NCBI RefSeq assembly: GCF_011386835.1
Contig: NC_088794.1
Coordinates: 76,012,001 to 76,076,000 of the forward strand
Direction of reading: 5' to 3'
Origin: Chrysemys picta bellii
Taxonomy: Eukaryota
Length of the DNA stretch: 64,000 bases
Position numbers and translations under genes: made by a program. This document shows, in pieces, positions 37,073 to 47,406 of the stretch (positions are counted from its first letter, which is position 1; each line of letters begins with the position of its first letter). Under the pieces are notes generated by a model. The model was not told the DNA's origin. It ran no database searches and saw only the letters and a program-made list of their open reading frames with translations.

Positions 37073-37291
37073 AAAGGTTTCAGAATAGCAGCCGTGTTAG
37101 TCTGTATCCGCAAAAAGAAGAACAGGAGGACTTGTGGCACCTTAGAGACTAACAAATTTATTAGAGCATAAGCTTTCGTGGACTACAGCCCACTTCTTCG
37201 GATGCATCCGAAGAAGTGGGCTGTAGTCCACGAAAGCTTATGCTCTAATAAATTTGTTAGTCTCTAAGGTGCCACAAGTCCTCCTGTTCTT
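37073..37291 (-). mobile_element. Fold-back mini-Penelope with a perfect 174-bp palindrome
   Basis: 87-bp perfect arms 37118-37204 and 37205-37291 centred on ATG/CAT; 13-bp TSD CCTCACCACAATG at 37060-37072 and 37292-37304. Confidence 0.95.
37204..37243 (+). ncRNA. Minimal hammerhead motif (mirror copy on the minus strand at 37166-37205)
   Basis: GCAU-CCGAAGA-A-GUGGGC(UGUA)GUCCAC-GAAA-GC-UU/AUGC; predicted cut between 37239 and 37240. Confidence 0.72.
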
Positions 37292-37339
37292 CCTCACCAC
37301 AATGTTATCCTGATGTCTGGAGCAAAGAATATCTTAGAC

Positions 37340-37489
37340 CAGTCTCCAAAGTGGGGTGCGCGCAGTTTTTTTTTTTGCTTCTGCAGTTCGGGTGGGAGTC
37401 CGAGTTTTTATTTATTTATTTGCTTTGGCGCAGTGCTCAAAATTTTTTTACTGATGGGGTGCGCGATCAAAAAAGTTTGGAGACCACTG
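37340..37489. mobile_element. hAT-Charlie-like MITE
   Basis: CAGTCTCCAAA ... TTTGGAGACCACTG; perfect 8-bp TSD TCTTAGAC at 37332-37339 and 37490-37497. Confidence 0.85.
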
Positions 37490-38229
37490 TCTTAGACAAT
37501 AACTGTAAGGATACCAGTGATAAATATTTAACAAATCCATGGTCACCTACAATTTCATGGTTGTTGCTATGTTGCTCCCCATGGCTGCTTGGAACCTCAG
37601 TAACAGTAGTGATAGAACTATGATCTTCTGCTTCGTGAGCATAGGACCCTATTATGGGAACTAAAGGAGAATGTTGCCAGCATAGGGCAACAGGTCACAC
37701 AGTTCTACGGTTTTAAATTCATTTCCATTAGAGTCCAGTGGTACGTGCAGCCACACACCAGCTCTTCCGTTATACGTCATAGGGTATGTACATTTGAGGA
37801 TATGAAAAATGGCAGTAGATTTTAAGATAGAAATAGAGATTTCATTAGATCTTTATTTCTTTTAATCTAGTAAGGAAGAATATCTAAAAGCACTTTTATT
37901 CATAGAGTTTGGGCTCAGTTTCCCTGATTAACACCATTCATAAATTCTAAGACCATTATTATCTAGTCTGACCTCTTGCGTAATGCAAGCCATAGAACCT
38001 CACCCAATAATTCCTGCCTCAAACCCATACCTTCTGATTGAGCTGTAGCACGTCTCTTAGAAAGGTATTCATAATTTCTTCTCTGAGTGAATATGTGTAG
38101 GGTACTACATTTTATATGAAGAAGGTAAATCAGATTCTCCCATTTACTTTCTCATAATTCAAGAAAAAGGGGACGTCAGATGTAATGCTTTTTTGTTACA
38201 CAACCCATAATTAACACGTGTCACTCACT

Positions 38230-38510
38230 GCCAACAGGATGTCATTGTGGCTAAGATCTCACTAGGATTGAAAAAGGGATTAGATGTGCATATAGCTAAG
38301 CAATAATGCATTTATAGTATGCTCAGGTTACAAGCCAATCACTAATTGATGGGGTTAGGAAGAAACTTCCCCACAGGCAGATTATTCTATAATTGTACAG
38401 TGTGGGAGTTTCTGGCACTTTTGTTTGAAGTGGCTGGTTCTGGCCACTGTCAGAGACAGGACACTTGGCTAGATGAATTTGATCTAATATGGCAATCCCT
38501 GTATTCCTAT
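38230..38510 (+). mobile_element. CR1 LINE 3' end fragment
   Basis: GGATGTCATTGTGGCTAAG...AAAAAGGGATTAGATG and CTGGCCACTGTCAGAGACAGGACACTTGGCTAGATG are typical of a CR1 ORF2 end and 3' UTR. Confidence 0.6.
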
Positions 38511-40081
38511 TCTTCTGCCCATCAATGATGAAAACTTTCATTTCAAAATGGTTTAACTTGGGGATACTGTGGTGGATTTTTTTAAAAGAACTCTTGATAC
38601 ATCAACAAGCAACAAAGCACATTAGAAAGCCTTCTTTCACTCTATACAAGCAAATAAAACTGGAATGTGGATATTTACAGTGTTATTGACAGCTAGCATG
38701 GATATCATAATTGTACTCGCCCTTCAAGATAAAGGCTCCTTTAAGCAGTTTTGTGTATAATCCATGAATTGGTTACAATGTCCGTTCAGATGAGTTCAAA
38801 GACTCACAAGGTTCATTTTCAAAACTGAAGGACCCAGCAATAAAAAGCTGTGTTGCCATCACTCACAATATTTGGTGTTTTTCTTAAAGTCCCAGCTCCC
38901 AGGAAATCTCAGCTTCCATTTAAAAAAAAAATGTCTAGCTCCTATAGTTGTAAGGAAAAACAATTTGAAAACAAGAACCAAGTCTATCTCGAAGGCTCAG
39001 AAACCAGACGGCAAGGAAAAGAACTCAAAATCTATGAATTTTTTAAAACCTTTTGGATTTTAAGTCAGTCACATGATTTTGGGAGGCTTGACTCATGATT
39101 TTTGAACATTTAGAGTTGACAGTACTGTTAACCACAAAAGTATGACGTTGTTGTCTACACTAGATTTATTGTCTTAACATTTACCACTGGTGAGACTACA
39201 AATGTAGATTTTACACATTAAGAAAACATGTACTGTGATCCTGTTCTAGTGTTTGTCTAATGGAGGTTAACAGCCTACTACTGATGCAAGCTGAGAGGTC
39301 ACCTTTTGTTCAGATGGTAGAGGTCTGTGTTGAAAGTCTTCACATCAAACAAACCCTGTTGAAAAGCCATAGGGAGGGTTGTTATGTAAACAGGCCTTGT
39401 ACAGCCACTGGTGTTCTTAATGGGCACGTTTTCTAACCCAGGGATAGACAACTGATGGTGAAAACACCGGTGGCTGGTCTGTTCAGGTTCTCCCACTGTT
39501 GTTACTAATGGTGGAGCTGCAAAGGTGGGAAATGCTAAGGAAGTGTCCAGTGCAGAAAAGGTTTAATTTTGCTAGATCACTTCTACTTATTGTATGGATG
39601 GACCCTAAAAGATTTGTGGTTATTTAAATTGGACTAAGTCATGTCTAAAGAGATCTTGCGTTCTTTCTAATTAGCATCTCATAAGCGATAAAATATGTAA
39701 TTAAATTTAAACTGACATGGCTTGCTTGCTTTCACCTGTGATGTGGGATTTTTTTTTTAATTGAATTTGAGCAGTTGATCAGTTACATTTTTCTTTTTCT
39801 TTTTCTTTAAAAAAAAATCATTTTGCCAGATTTCTCCATATGCAGAGCAAAGCTCTTCTAATCTTCACAAACTATTCTGTGTGACTAGGACAGTACACTT
39901 GTCTGAATTAATACATTTACATGCTTCCTGGAGTTTTGCTGCAGACGTTACTAGTACCATTGGAGAGAGACTGAAAACAGGATACAACAGTTGAAAGTTC
40001 ATGTTGGTTTTTGAATTTGAATACATAAATGTACTAGTTATTCCTCCGGCCAGCTAAGGCCCAAATCATACAAAAAATTTA

Positions 40082-40359
40082 GGCCCTGTCTACGCTAGAA
40101 AGTGTTGTTGCTTACTCATGGTGCATGAAAAATCCACCCCCTGGAGAGAGAGAGCTATGCTGACCTAACCCCTGGTATAGACAACACTAGATTGATAGCT
40201 GAATTCTTCCGTTGATCTAGCTACCACTTCTCAGGGAGGAGGATTCCTACGCTGACAGGAGAACCCCTCCCATCAGTGTAGGTACTGTCTTCACTGATGT
40301 GCTACAGTGCCACAACTGCAGCGCTGCAGCCGTGCCACATTTGAAGTGTCAACAAGCCC
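40082..40359. mobile_element. Harbinger MITE
   Basis: GGCCCTGTCTACGCTA ... AAGTGTCAACAAGCCC; interior shared with the 9802 and 17265 elements. Confidence 0.7.
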
Positions 40360-40985
40360 TATGTCTTCACTACCAAAACAAAAAAGTGTGATTTTGCAGG
40401 GAAATAGCTGGAGTTAGCTATCTCACGGTAAAATTCTAGTGGAGACAAGGTATAAAACAGTTCCCTCTATGGGTTTTCAGCGAGGTTTGAAGTGAAGACC
40501 TTCAGCACAGACCTCTACCATTTGAGTTAAAGTTAACCCCTTAGCATGTACCTTGTAAAGTGAAACCCCTTATCAGTAAGCAATTATCCTTCCCTGTACA
40601 AGCTCTAGAGAGGGACCATGGCACAGCTTTTGTCAGTGTTTTAAATCTACACTAGCACTCTCACCAGTGGTAAATTTTAAGAAAATAAACCTACTGTAGA
40701 GAAGGCCTTACTTCTATGGTTAGTAGTATTGCCAACCTAAAGCATTCAAAAATCATGAATCAGGCCCTCAAAAAGCATGAGATTAACTTGCTGTAGTTAG
40801 TCACGGTCAGCACCACCAGGGGGTTATCTTGACTAGCTACACTGTGATGGGAGAACCTCAGATGTTTGGATGCTGCTAAGCTTGCTGCTTGGCAAAGCTA
40901 TGAGCAGTGGAGGCACTAAAGCTCTCTGTCTGCAGACTCAGACAGCATTGGATTGGGTCATGGTTAAAGGTTACATTAGCCAGAA

Positions 40986-41182
40986 CAGGGGTTCTCCAAC
41001 TGGGGGTCAGGACCTCTCAGGGGATCACGAGCTGTCAGCCTCCACCCCCAAACCTCACTTTGCCTCCAGCATTTATAATGGTGTTATAAATTAAAACACT
41101 TTTTTTATATATTTAAGGGGAGTAGCACTGAGAGGCTTGCTATGTGAAAGGGGTCACCAGTACAAAAGTTTGAGAACCACTG
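40986..41182. mobile_element. hAT-Charlie-like MITE
   Basis: TIRs CAGGGGTTCTCCAACT / AGTTTGAGAACCACTG; degenerate TSD AGCCAGAA / AGCTAAAA. Confidence 0.75.
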
Positions 41183-41545
41183 AGCTAAAATGTTCTTTTT
41201 AAATGAAATCTTTCAATTCTGCAAAAAGTGATGGTTTAGCACTCCATGTTTCTCTATTCTCCCCTTCCCCCAATCAGGAAAAGGTTCTTGCTTGTCCCTG
41301 ACAAATGGTGTGTAGTTTTCTTAAGGCCTGGTACTGGATCTGTATTATTTCAGTTTTAAAATTTGGTTGTATCTTTTTGCCTAAGGTTGTAATCAGTCTC
41401 GTATTGTGGTGGTTGCTTAGCGGGAAATCTAGTTTGTCTTAATCTAGATTAAATCAATTCACTTCTCTTAAAGTCTGTAATTCAAAAGTGCTTTTAATTT
41501 CAGGCAGATCTGCTATGTGACTATATGGATGAGTTGTTCTTCTCT

Positions 41546-41760
41546 AGCACTTTCCACCCAAGCATTTTAAAGTGTTCTACAAACATTTTAAGCCTCTTGA
41601 CACCCATAAAAGGTAGGCATTATTTCCCCCATTTTTCAAATGGAGAAATTGAAGCACAGGAGTTAAGTAACTTGCCAAAGATCAGACAGGAAATCTGTGG
41701 TAGAGACAGAAATAGAACCTAGTTCTCTTGGTTGCTAATCCAGTGCCTTAATTACAACAT
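41546..41760 (-). mobile_element. CORE-SINE
   Basis: Reverse CORE: CCCATTTTTCAAATGGAGAAATTGAAGCACAG...GTAACTTGCC. Confidence 0.6.
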
Positions 41761-44581
41761 AATTCTTTCTCTGTATGCTCTGGAGCATGATCTGATCTCT
41801 TTGGCTCAAAACTAAACTAACTGGTCATAAAGAAGTTCAGCCTTTTATTTTCTTAGAATTTTCATAAGGAATTTTAGTGCTCGTAGCACATGCGTGACAT
41901 ACACCTATTTCACACCATAGGTTCCAAAGACGCCTCTATGGTGTCAGAAATAGAGTGCCTCTTTTCAAACCGTGGTGGGCTACGTGCAAAGATTTTCTAA
42001 TGCTTCGGTTCAGACTGTTCCTACCACCCCCACCAAGTGTCTTGGTTGGAGTTTCAGGTTGATTCAGCCTCAACAGCTCAAAGCAAAAGTCACTTGAAAC
42101 CACTGAGTTTCTTAGTAAATTTTGCATGGTTTTGCTGTCAAACCATTCATGGGGCCCAGGTTTGAGAGAACTTTCACTGAATCTGTTTAGAGGCTATAAT
42201 GAAATCTTTCACCATGGAAGTTTCCTGGCAAACACTGGAGAGATGGTTGCATCCAGCGGGTTGGGAGACCTGGACTCCATTGCTACCTCTGCTGCTCACT
42301 CATCTGAGGGAGTCACTCTAGGGCTCTGTAATTGCATTCCCTCATCTGTAAAATGATATCATGATTCTTGCCCTCCTTTGTAAGCACTTCGGGATCCTTG
42401 TGGAGTGCTAAGGATGAACACGTCACAAAGCTGTCTGGATCCCTTGTGATCTTTCATGAGATTATTTACCAAAATGAAAGAGGAGCTGCAAAGCACGATA
42501 TGTTGGAAGGGCTCGTGTGAGGGGTTCAAGTACATGCCAAAACTGCGTTTTGAACTTGTCACTACTCCCATCCACAATCGCATCACTGCTCTTAGATCAG
42601 GGTGAGATGGTGGGAGATATAAGCAGAGGTACATGTTTTCCTCTGTGTTATAATTTGGAGATGTCATCAGCCTTAAGTTAGTTGAGCTTCCGGGCTTTAG
42701 TCCAGCTAAACATGGCCGCCTTTCACATTCTTTAATCATTAATTTTTGGTATTTAATTATAGTACATGTGTTTTGTCTGGGTCATGAAGCATGTGCTTTG
42801 TGTTTCTTGGCTGGCTATTCCTGCATTCTTCTCTGTCTTTTGCTCTGAAGTCCAGCCGGCCCAGTGTAGCACGTAGTGTTTTAGTCTTCTGTATTCCCCT
42901 AGCTGGGAGCCTGAGACTTCTAAAATGTTTGGTTCTGAGGAATGGTGAAGCGGCAAGTTCAGTCTTCTTGTTGGGGGCAGCAGAGGGGAGGAGCTGGAGG
43001 CGGGGAATCCTGGTCATATCACCCCTCCTACTTGCAGCTGTGAAATTGCATGCAGAAGTTGTTGCTCTGGCACTTTGGAAAGGAGATGCGTATGTATGTA
43101 CATGTTCTTGACCAAAGGTAAGGGACCTACAACAACATGCATTAAAAGGGGAGTCTGATATTGTCATTTTGTAGGTCTTGAACTTGGATATTTTCTTATA
43201 TAGTTGTTTTACTACTGCTGTACCACTGGCAAGACACTAACTTCACGAGCACCTAAACCAATTCTTACATACAATCCAGTTCTCTCTCCCCTCCCCCAGT
43301 AATTTTGTTTTTCAGCAAACAGATAATTTTGTGAGCATGTTTGTTTTAAGCAAATGATGAGTAGAAGCTTCAGTCCTCACCGTCCAATTTGCTTGTGTTA
43401 GTTTTTGGGGGCTTTTATTGCTGTTAAATAACTTTCTAGGAGAAATCAGAACTAACCTAGAGGAGGAGATGTCAGTTACGTGGGTCGGGTGGTGTTAGTA
43501 CAGTACAAATATTTTCAAACAAAACAGTGGCAAGTGTGGCTTGTGATTAGGGATATCATCTGGCTATCTTTTTTTTTTTTTTTTTTTAATTTGAGAGGGA
43601 AGTGACAGCATTTTTTTTTTTTTTTTGAGTGGCAGGTTTTAAATTTTATTTTGTTATATTAGAGTAAAAATATTCGTTAGCTTAGGTTTGGTATCAAAGC
43701 CTGCACTTAAAAAGCTGATTTTGACAAACTGAAAACAGTGAATCTCTTTCTAAAAATAATGATTTGTTATAGCAGCAGTTGCCTGTTTTCATTATGTTGT
43801 TTCATTCAGGGTCTACGCTTGTAAAATATCTAGCTGCAATTTGGGTTAGTGGGGGTGCAGTGGAGTGGTGGCATTAGCTCCAGCACCTCCATGGGGGAGG
43901 TGATGTTAATACTCGTCCGGTTGAAGTGTACTGCTTTGCAAATTGGCTTGCAACCAGCATTGCAAACTTGAGCCATTGACTTTGCAGTGGTACAGCAACA
44001 CCGGCAAATAGTGCCGGTAAGATGGCAGCTGGCCATGAGGAATATTTTCTTCCCCCTCATGTTTAATCCTGTTCCGATTTTGTGGAATAGAAACAGGATG
44101 AGCCCTAACATAGTCCTTTACTTAGTCTAATGTCTTTAACTACATTCGTTAATTCCTTGAACTAGACTTTCTGCTCACAGAATTTACACGCTATACTGGT
44201 TTTACCAGCATAGTTGGTGACTAAGGGTATGCCTACATTGGCAGACTTACATCGCTGGCAGTTACATCGCCACTCAGAGAGTGCTGAAGGGAAACCGTTG
44301 TTGTGTGTTCCCATTGTCAGCTGTCTGCGCAATAGCAAGTTCACACTTGCAGCGGTATTCAGAGTGGTGCACTCTGGGCAGCTATCCCACAGAGCATCTC
44401 TTCCTCTTCTGCCGTTAAGAGTTGTGGGAAGGCAGAGGAGGTCACGGGGCATCCTGGGTCCTGTCCCAATGCCCTGTGATGCATTGCTTCGCATCTCCGC
44501 AATCCCTGTGCTTCCGTCCGCATTTGGCACCAACTTTCAACAGTTTGTGTTCTGCACGCCCTGCCTCTTCAGTCTGTAGGA

Positions 44582-45239
44582 ATGGATCCTGTACTGCTGA
44601 CCAATATGCTGCTCGCTCTCACTAATACGTCACGAGTGGCAGTGGAGTTATTCCTTAAACTACAAAGGTAAGAGGAGTTCGACATTGATCTTGCCACGCG
44701 TAGTAGCTACGACACAAGATTGCTTGTGGCATTCACGGAGGTGCTGATCACAGTGGAACGCCGCTTTAGCACTTGGGAAACAAGCACTGAGTGGTAGGAT
44801 CACATCATGATGCATGTCTGGGATGACAAGCAGTGGCTGCAGAACTTTCGGATGAGGAAAGCCGCATTCATGGGAGTGTGTGATGAGCTCGCCCCAGCCC
44901 TGCGGTGCAAAGACACGAGAATGAGAGCTGCCCTGTCATTGGAGAAGCGCATGGCGATTGCACTGTGGAAGCTGGCTACTCCAGACTGGTACCGATCGGT
45001 TGCTAACCAGTTCAGAGTGGGAAAGTCAACCGTTGGACTCGTGTTGATGGAAGTGTGCAGGGCCATTAATCGCATCCTGCTTTGAAAGACGGTAATTCTG
45101 GGCAACATGTGTGATATTGTGGATGGCTTTGCACAAATGGGCTTCCCTAACTGGGGAGGAGCGATAGATGGCACACACATTTCAATTCTGGCACCAGACT
45201 ACCTAGCCATCGAGTACATTAATCTGAAGGGGTATTTCT
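44582..45239 (+). pseudogene. Harbinger (HARBI1-family) DDE transposase, N-terminal part, with stops and a frameshift
   Basis: [66 protein letters not shown]; truncated at the mtDNA insert. Confidence 0.9.
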
Positions 45240-45241
45240 TG

Positions 45242-45341
45242 ATGAATAATAGAGCCGGAGCATAAGAATAGTATGGCTTTAAAAAATGCATGTATGGAAA
45301 TCTGTAGGAAGGCCAGTTGTGGTTGGTTTAAGCTGATGGTT
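45242..45341 (-). pseudogene. ND5: NUMT: about 100-bp fragment of mitochondrial ND5
   Basis: Vertebrate mitochondrial code translation [33 protein letters not shown] matches the conserved ND5 segment ([10 protein letters not shown]...[17 protein letters not shown]); ATA falls at conserved Met positions. Confidence 0.88.
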
Positions 45342-45348
45342 AACTTAC

Positions 45349-45883
45349 CAGGGGCCTCCTCTCCTGTTTTCGCTTTGCTAAGCTCTGACAACTGTGACTG
45401 GCTAGCCTCCTCCGGGGTAGAGAAGAGCTCCTGGCTGCATGCATCTCTGACCTCCGAGTCGTCCTCTGCCCCTCCACATCCTCATCCAAGATTTCCTTCT
45501 CCAGGCTCGTTCCACTCTCGACTAGCATGCGAGCCACCGAAGTATCCATAGTAGCCTTCACAGTGGAGGTGGGGTCGCCACTGAGTATTGCGTCCAGCCC
45601 TTTGTAGAACTGGCAGCTCGTGGGCACAGCACCAGAGCAGCAGTTTGCCTCCCATGCCTTGTGGTAGGCGTTCTGCAGCTTCTTCACTTTGACCCTGCAC
45701 TGCAGTGTGTCCCGGTCATGGCCCCTTTCTGTCATGCATCATGAAATCTGTCCGTAGGTATCATAATTCCTACGGCTGGAGCACAGCTGTGACTGCACTG
45801 CCTCCTCTCCCCAAATGCCAATGAGGTTCAGCAGCTCGGCATTGCTCCAAGTGGGGGGGTTGCCTGGTGCATGGAGCAGGCAT
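45349..45883 (-). pseudogene. Harbinger Myb/SANT-like (trihelix) DNA-binding ORF, exon 1
   Basis: WSNAELLNLIGIWGEEAVQSQL...RDTLQCRVKVKKLQNAY...CQFYKGLDAILSGDP; ends at splice donor GTAAGT (45348-45343). Confidence 0.85.
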
Positions 45884-46519
45884 GGTCATCTGGAAAGAAG
45901 CGCTGAGACCACTGCATGCATCACCGAGCAAACAGGAAGGGGACTTTCAAAATTCCAAAGGAATTTATGGGGTGGGGATGACAGTTGGTCACCTGAGGGC
46001 AGGGCAGTAGAGTTCAATCCGATGACTAGAGAGGCGAGAACAGACCTTGTAGGACACCTCCCGGAGGCCAATCGCTGCGCTGTAATCGACCAGGGTGTCT
46101 ACACTGGCACCGGAGCGCTGTAGCCCTGGAGCAGAAAGCTGTACGCCTCTCGTCGGTGTTTTTTTTCCCCCTACTGCTGCAACTACGCAGTTTCTGCACA
46201 CTAAGTGGCTTGGCAGTGTGTACAGCTCGGGATTTACAACGCAGAAAGCTGCTTTACTACGCAGAAACTTGGCAGTGTAGACAAGACCTAACTGGGACTT
46301 TAGGAATAAAGAGAGAAAGTTCTAATATGCATGAGAAGCTGTTGACTCTTGAGGCTGAGAATTTGACAATCTTATCCGAGGGGTGTATTCAAACTTGTAG
46401 TGTGACCCTGCAAACCCTACTCTCATCCTTGGACTGTGAGCTCTTAGGAGCATGGGCTGTGTTTGTTCAGTGTTTGGAAACTAGTCTATACTGAGCACTA
46501 GAGTAAATAAATAATGAGT

Positions 46520-46900
46520 AATCCTTATTCCCAGGAGAAGTCCTATTGAAGGCAATAGGACTGCTTACATGAATAATGGTTTACAGGATTAGATCCTTGC
46601 CTTGCTTTTTAAGAGGCTGATCCAAAGCCCTTTGAAATCAATGGTTAGATTGCCATTACTTTCAATGGGCTTCGGATCAGGTCCTGAAGTCACTATGAAC
46701 CCGATTTTAAAAGGTATTTAGGTGCCGAAAGAGAGAGAGAGGCACATAGTGGGGTTTTCAAAGGCACCTAGGTGCCTAACTCCCATAGGCACTTATGTGC
46801 TGTTGAAAATCTGTCTTTAGGCACCTAAATACCTTGGTTCAATGGGCCTAATTCCAATCCCATGGAAGTCAGTGGGAAGACTCCCATTGACTTTGAAGTT
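46520..46900. repeat. Cluster of short palindromic elements
   Basis: For example 46615-46684 GCTGATCCAAAGCCC...GGGCTTCGGATCAGG, AGTCCTATTG/CAATAGGACT, and AAGGTATTTAGGTGCC/GGCACCTAAATACCTT. Confidence 0.6.
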
Positions 46901-47197
46901 TCTACTTTCACCTATCCTTGAATTAGTTAAAATAATTTCTGATCAGAGCCTGTTGTTTTAGAGTGGGGTTTTGTTAATTATGTGATTTTTGGGGGGAGAG
47001 GGGTGGGCATAGGGATTAAAACCTTAATTGACTTGGTTTAAATTCATTCTTCCTTCTCTCACTCTATCCCTCCAAAAATCAACTCACATGACGTTTCCTT
47101 GAGGAAACTGAGCAACTGGAAAAACAAATGGAAATTGGATTGCAGCCTTAAGGGTAGCAGGCACTATCTGCGCTCACTTTAAAAACACCACAACTGA

Positions 47198-47406
47198 GCC
47201 CTGGTCGACACTACAGACTGTCAGTATAACTACGTTGCTCAGGGGCATGGAAAATCACGCAGCTATTCCACTCTAACTACCCGTGTAGACAGTGCTATGT
47301 TGGTGAGAGGGCTTCTCCTGTCAACACAGCTGCCGCCTTTCTGGGAGGTGAAGTACCGACGCTGATGGCAGCTGCACCGGGGCAGCGCTGTAAGTGTGAC
47401 AAGCCC
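47198..47406. mobile_element. Harbinger MITE
   Basis: GCCCTGGTCGACACTA ... TAAGTGTGACAAGCCC; flanked by TGA / TTA. Confidence 0.6.

Larger units (their letters stand above)
44225..46288. mobile_element. PIF/Harbinger DNA transposon, internally deleted
   Basis: TIRs GGGTATGCCTACATTGGCA / TGGCAGTGTAGACAAGACC; TAA TSD at 44222-44224 and 46289-46291; convergent transposase and Myb/SANT ORFs. Confidence 0.93.

Noticed and set aside
29022-37291. Repeated 'pLTR' units as a CRISPR-like or tandem array
   Set aside because: The units are dispersed with individual TSDs, are eukaryotic retroelement termini, and there are no spacers or cas genes.
43568-43626. Long poly-T runs (also poly-A at 60469-60487)
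   Set aside because: Simple mononucleotide tracts with no TSD or associated retrocopy.
45203-45391. 62-aa ORF with ND5 similarity as a nuclear-encoded or fusion gene
   Set aside because: It is a chance frame crossing Myb exon, intron, NUMT and antisense transposase; there is no evidence of expression.
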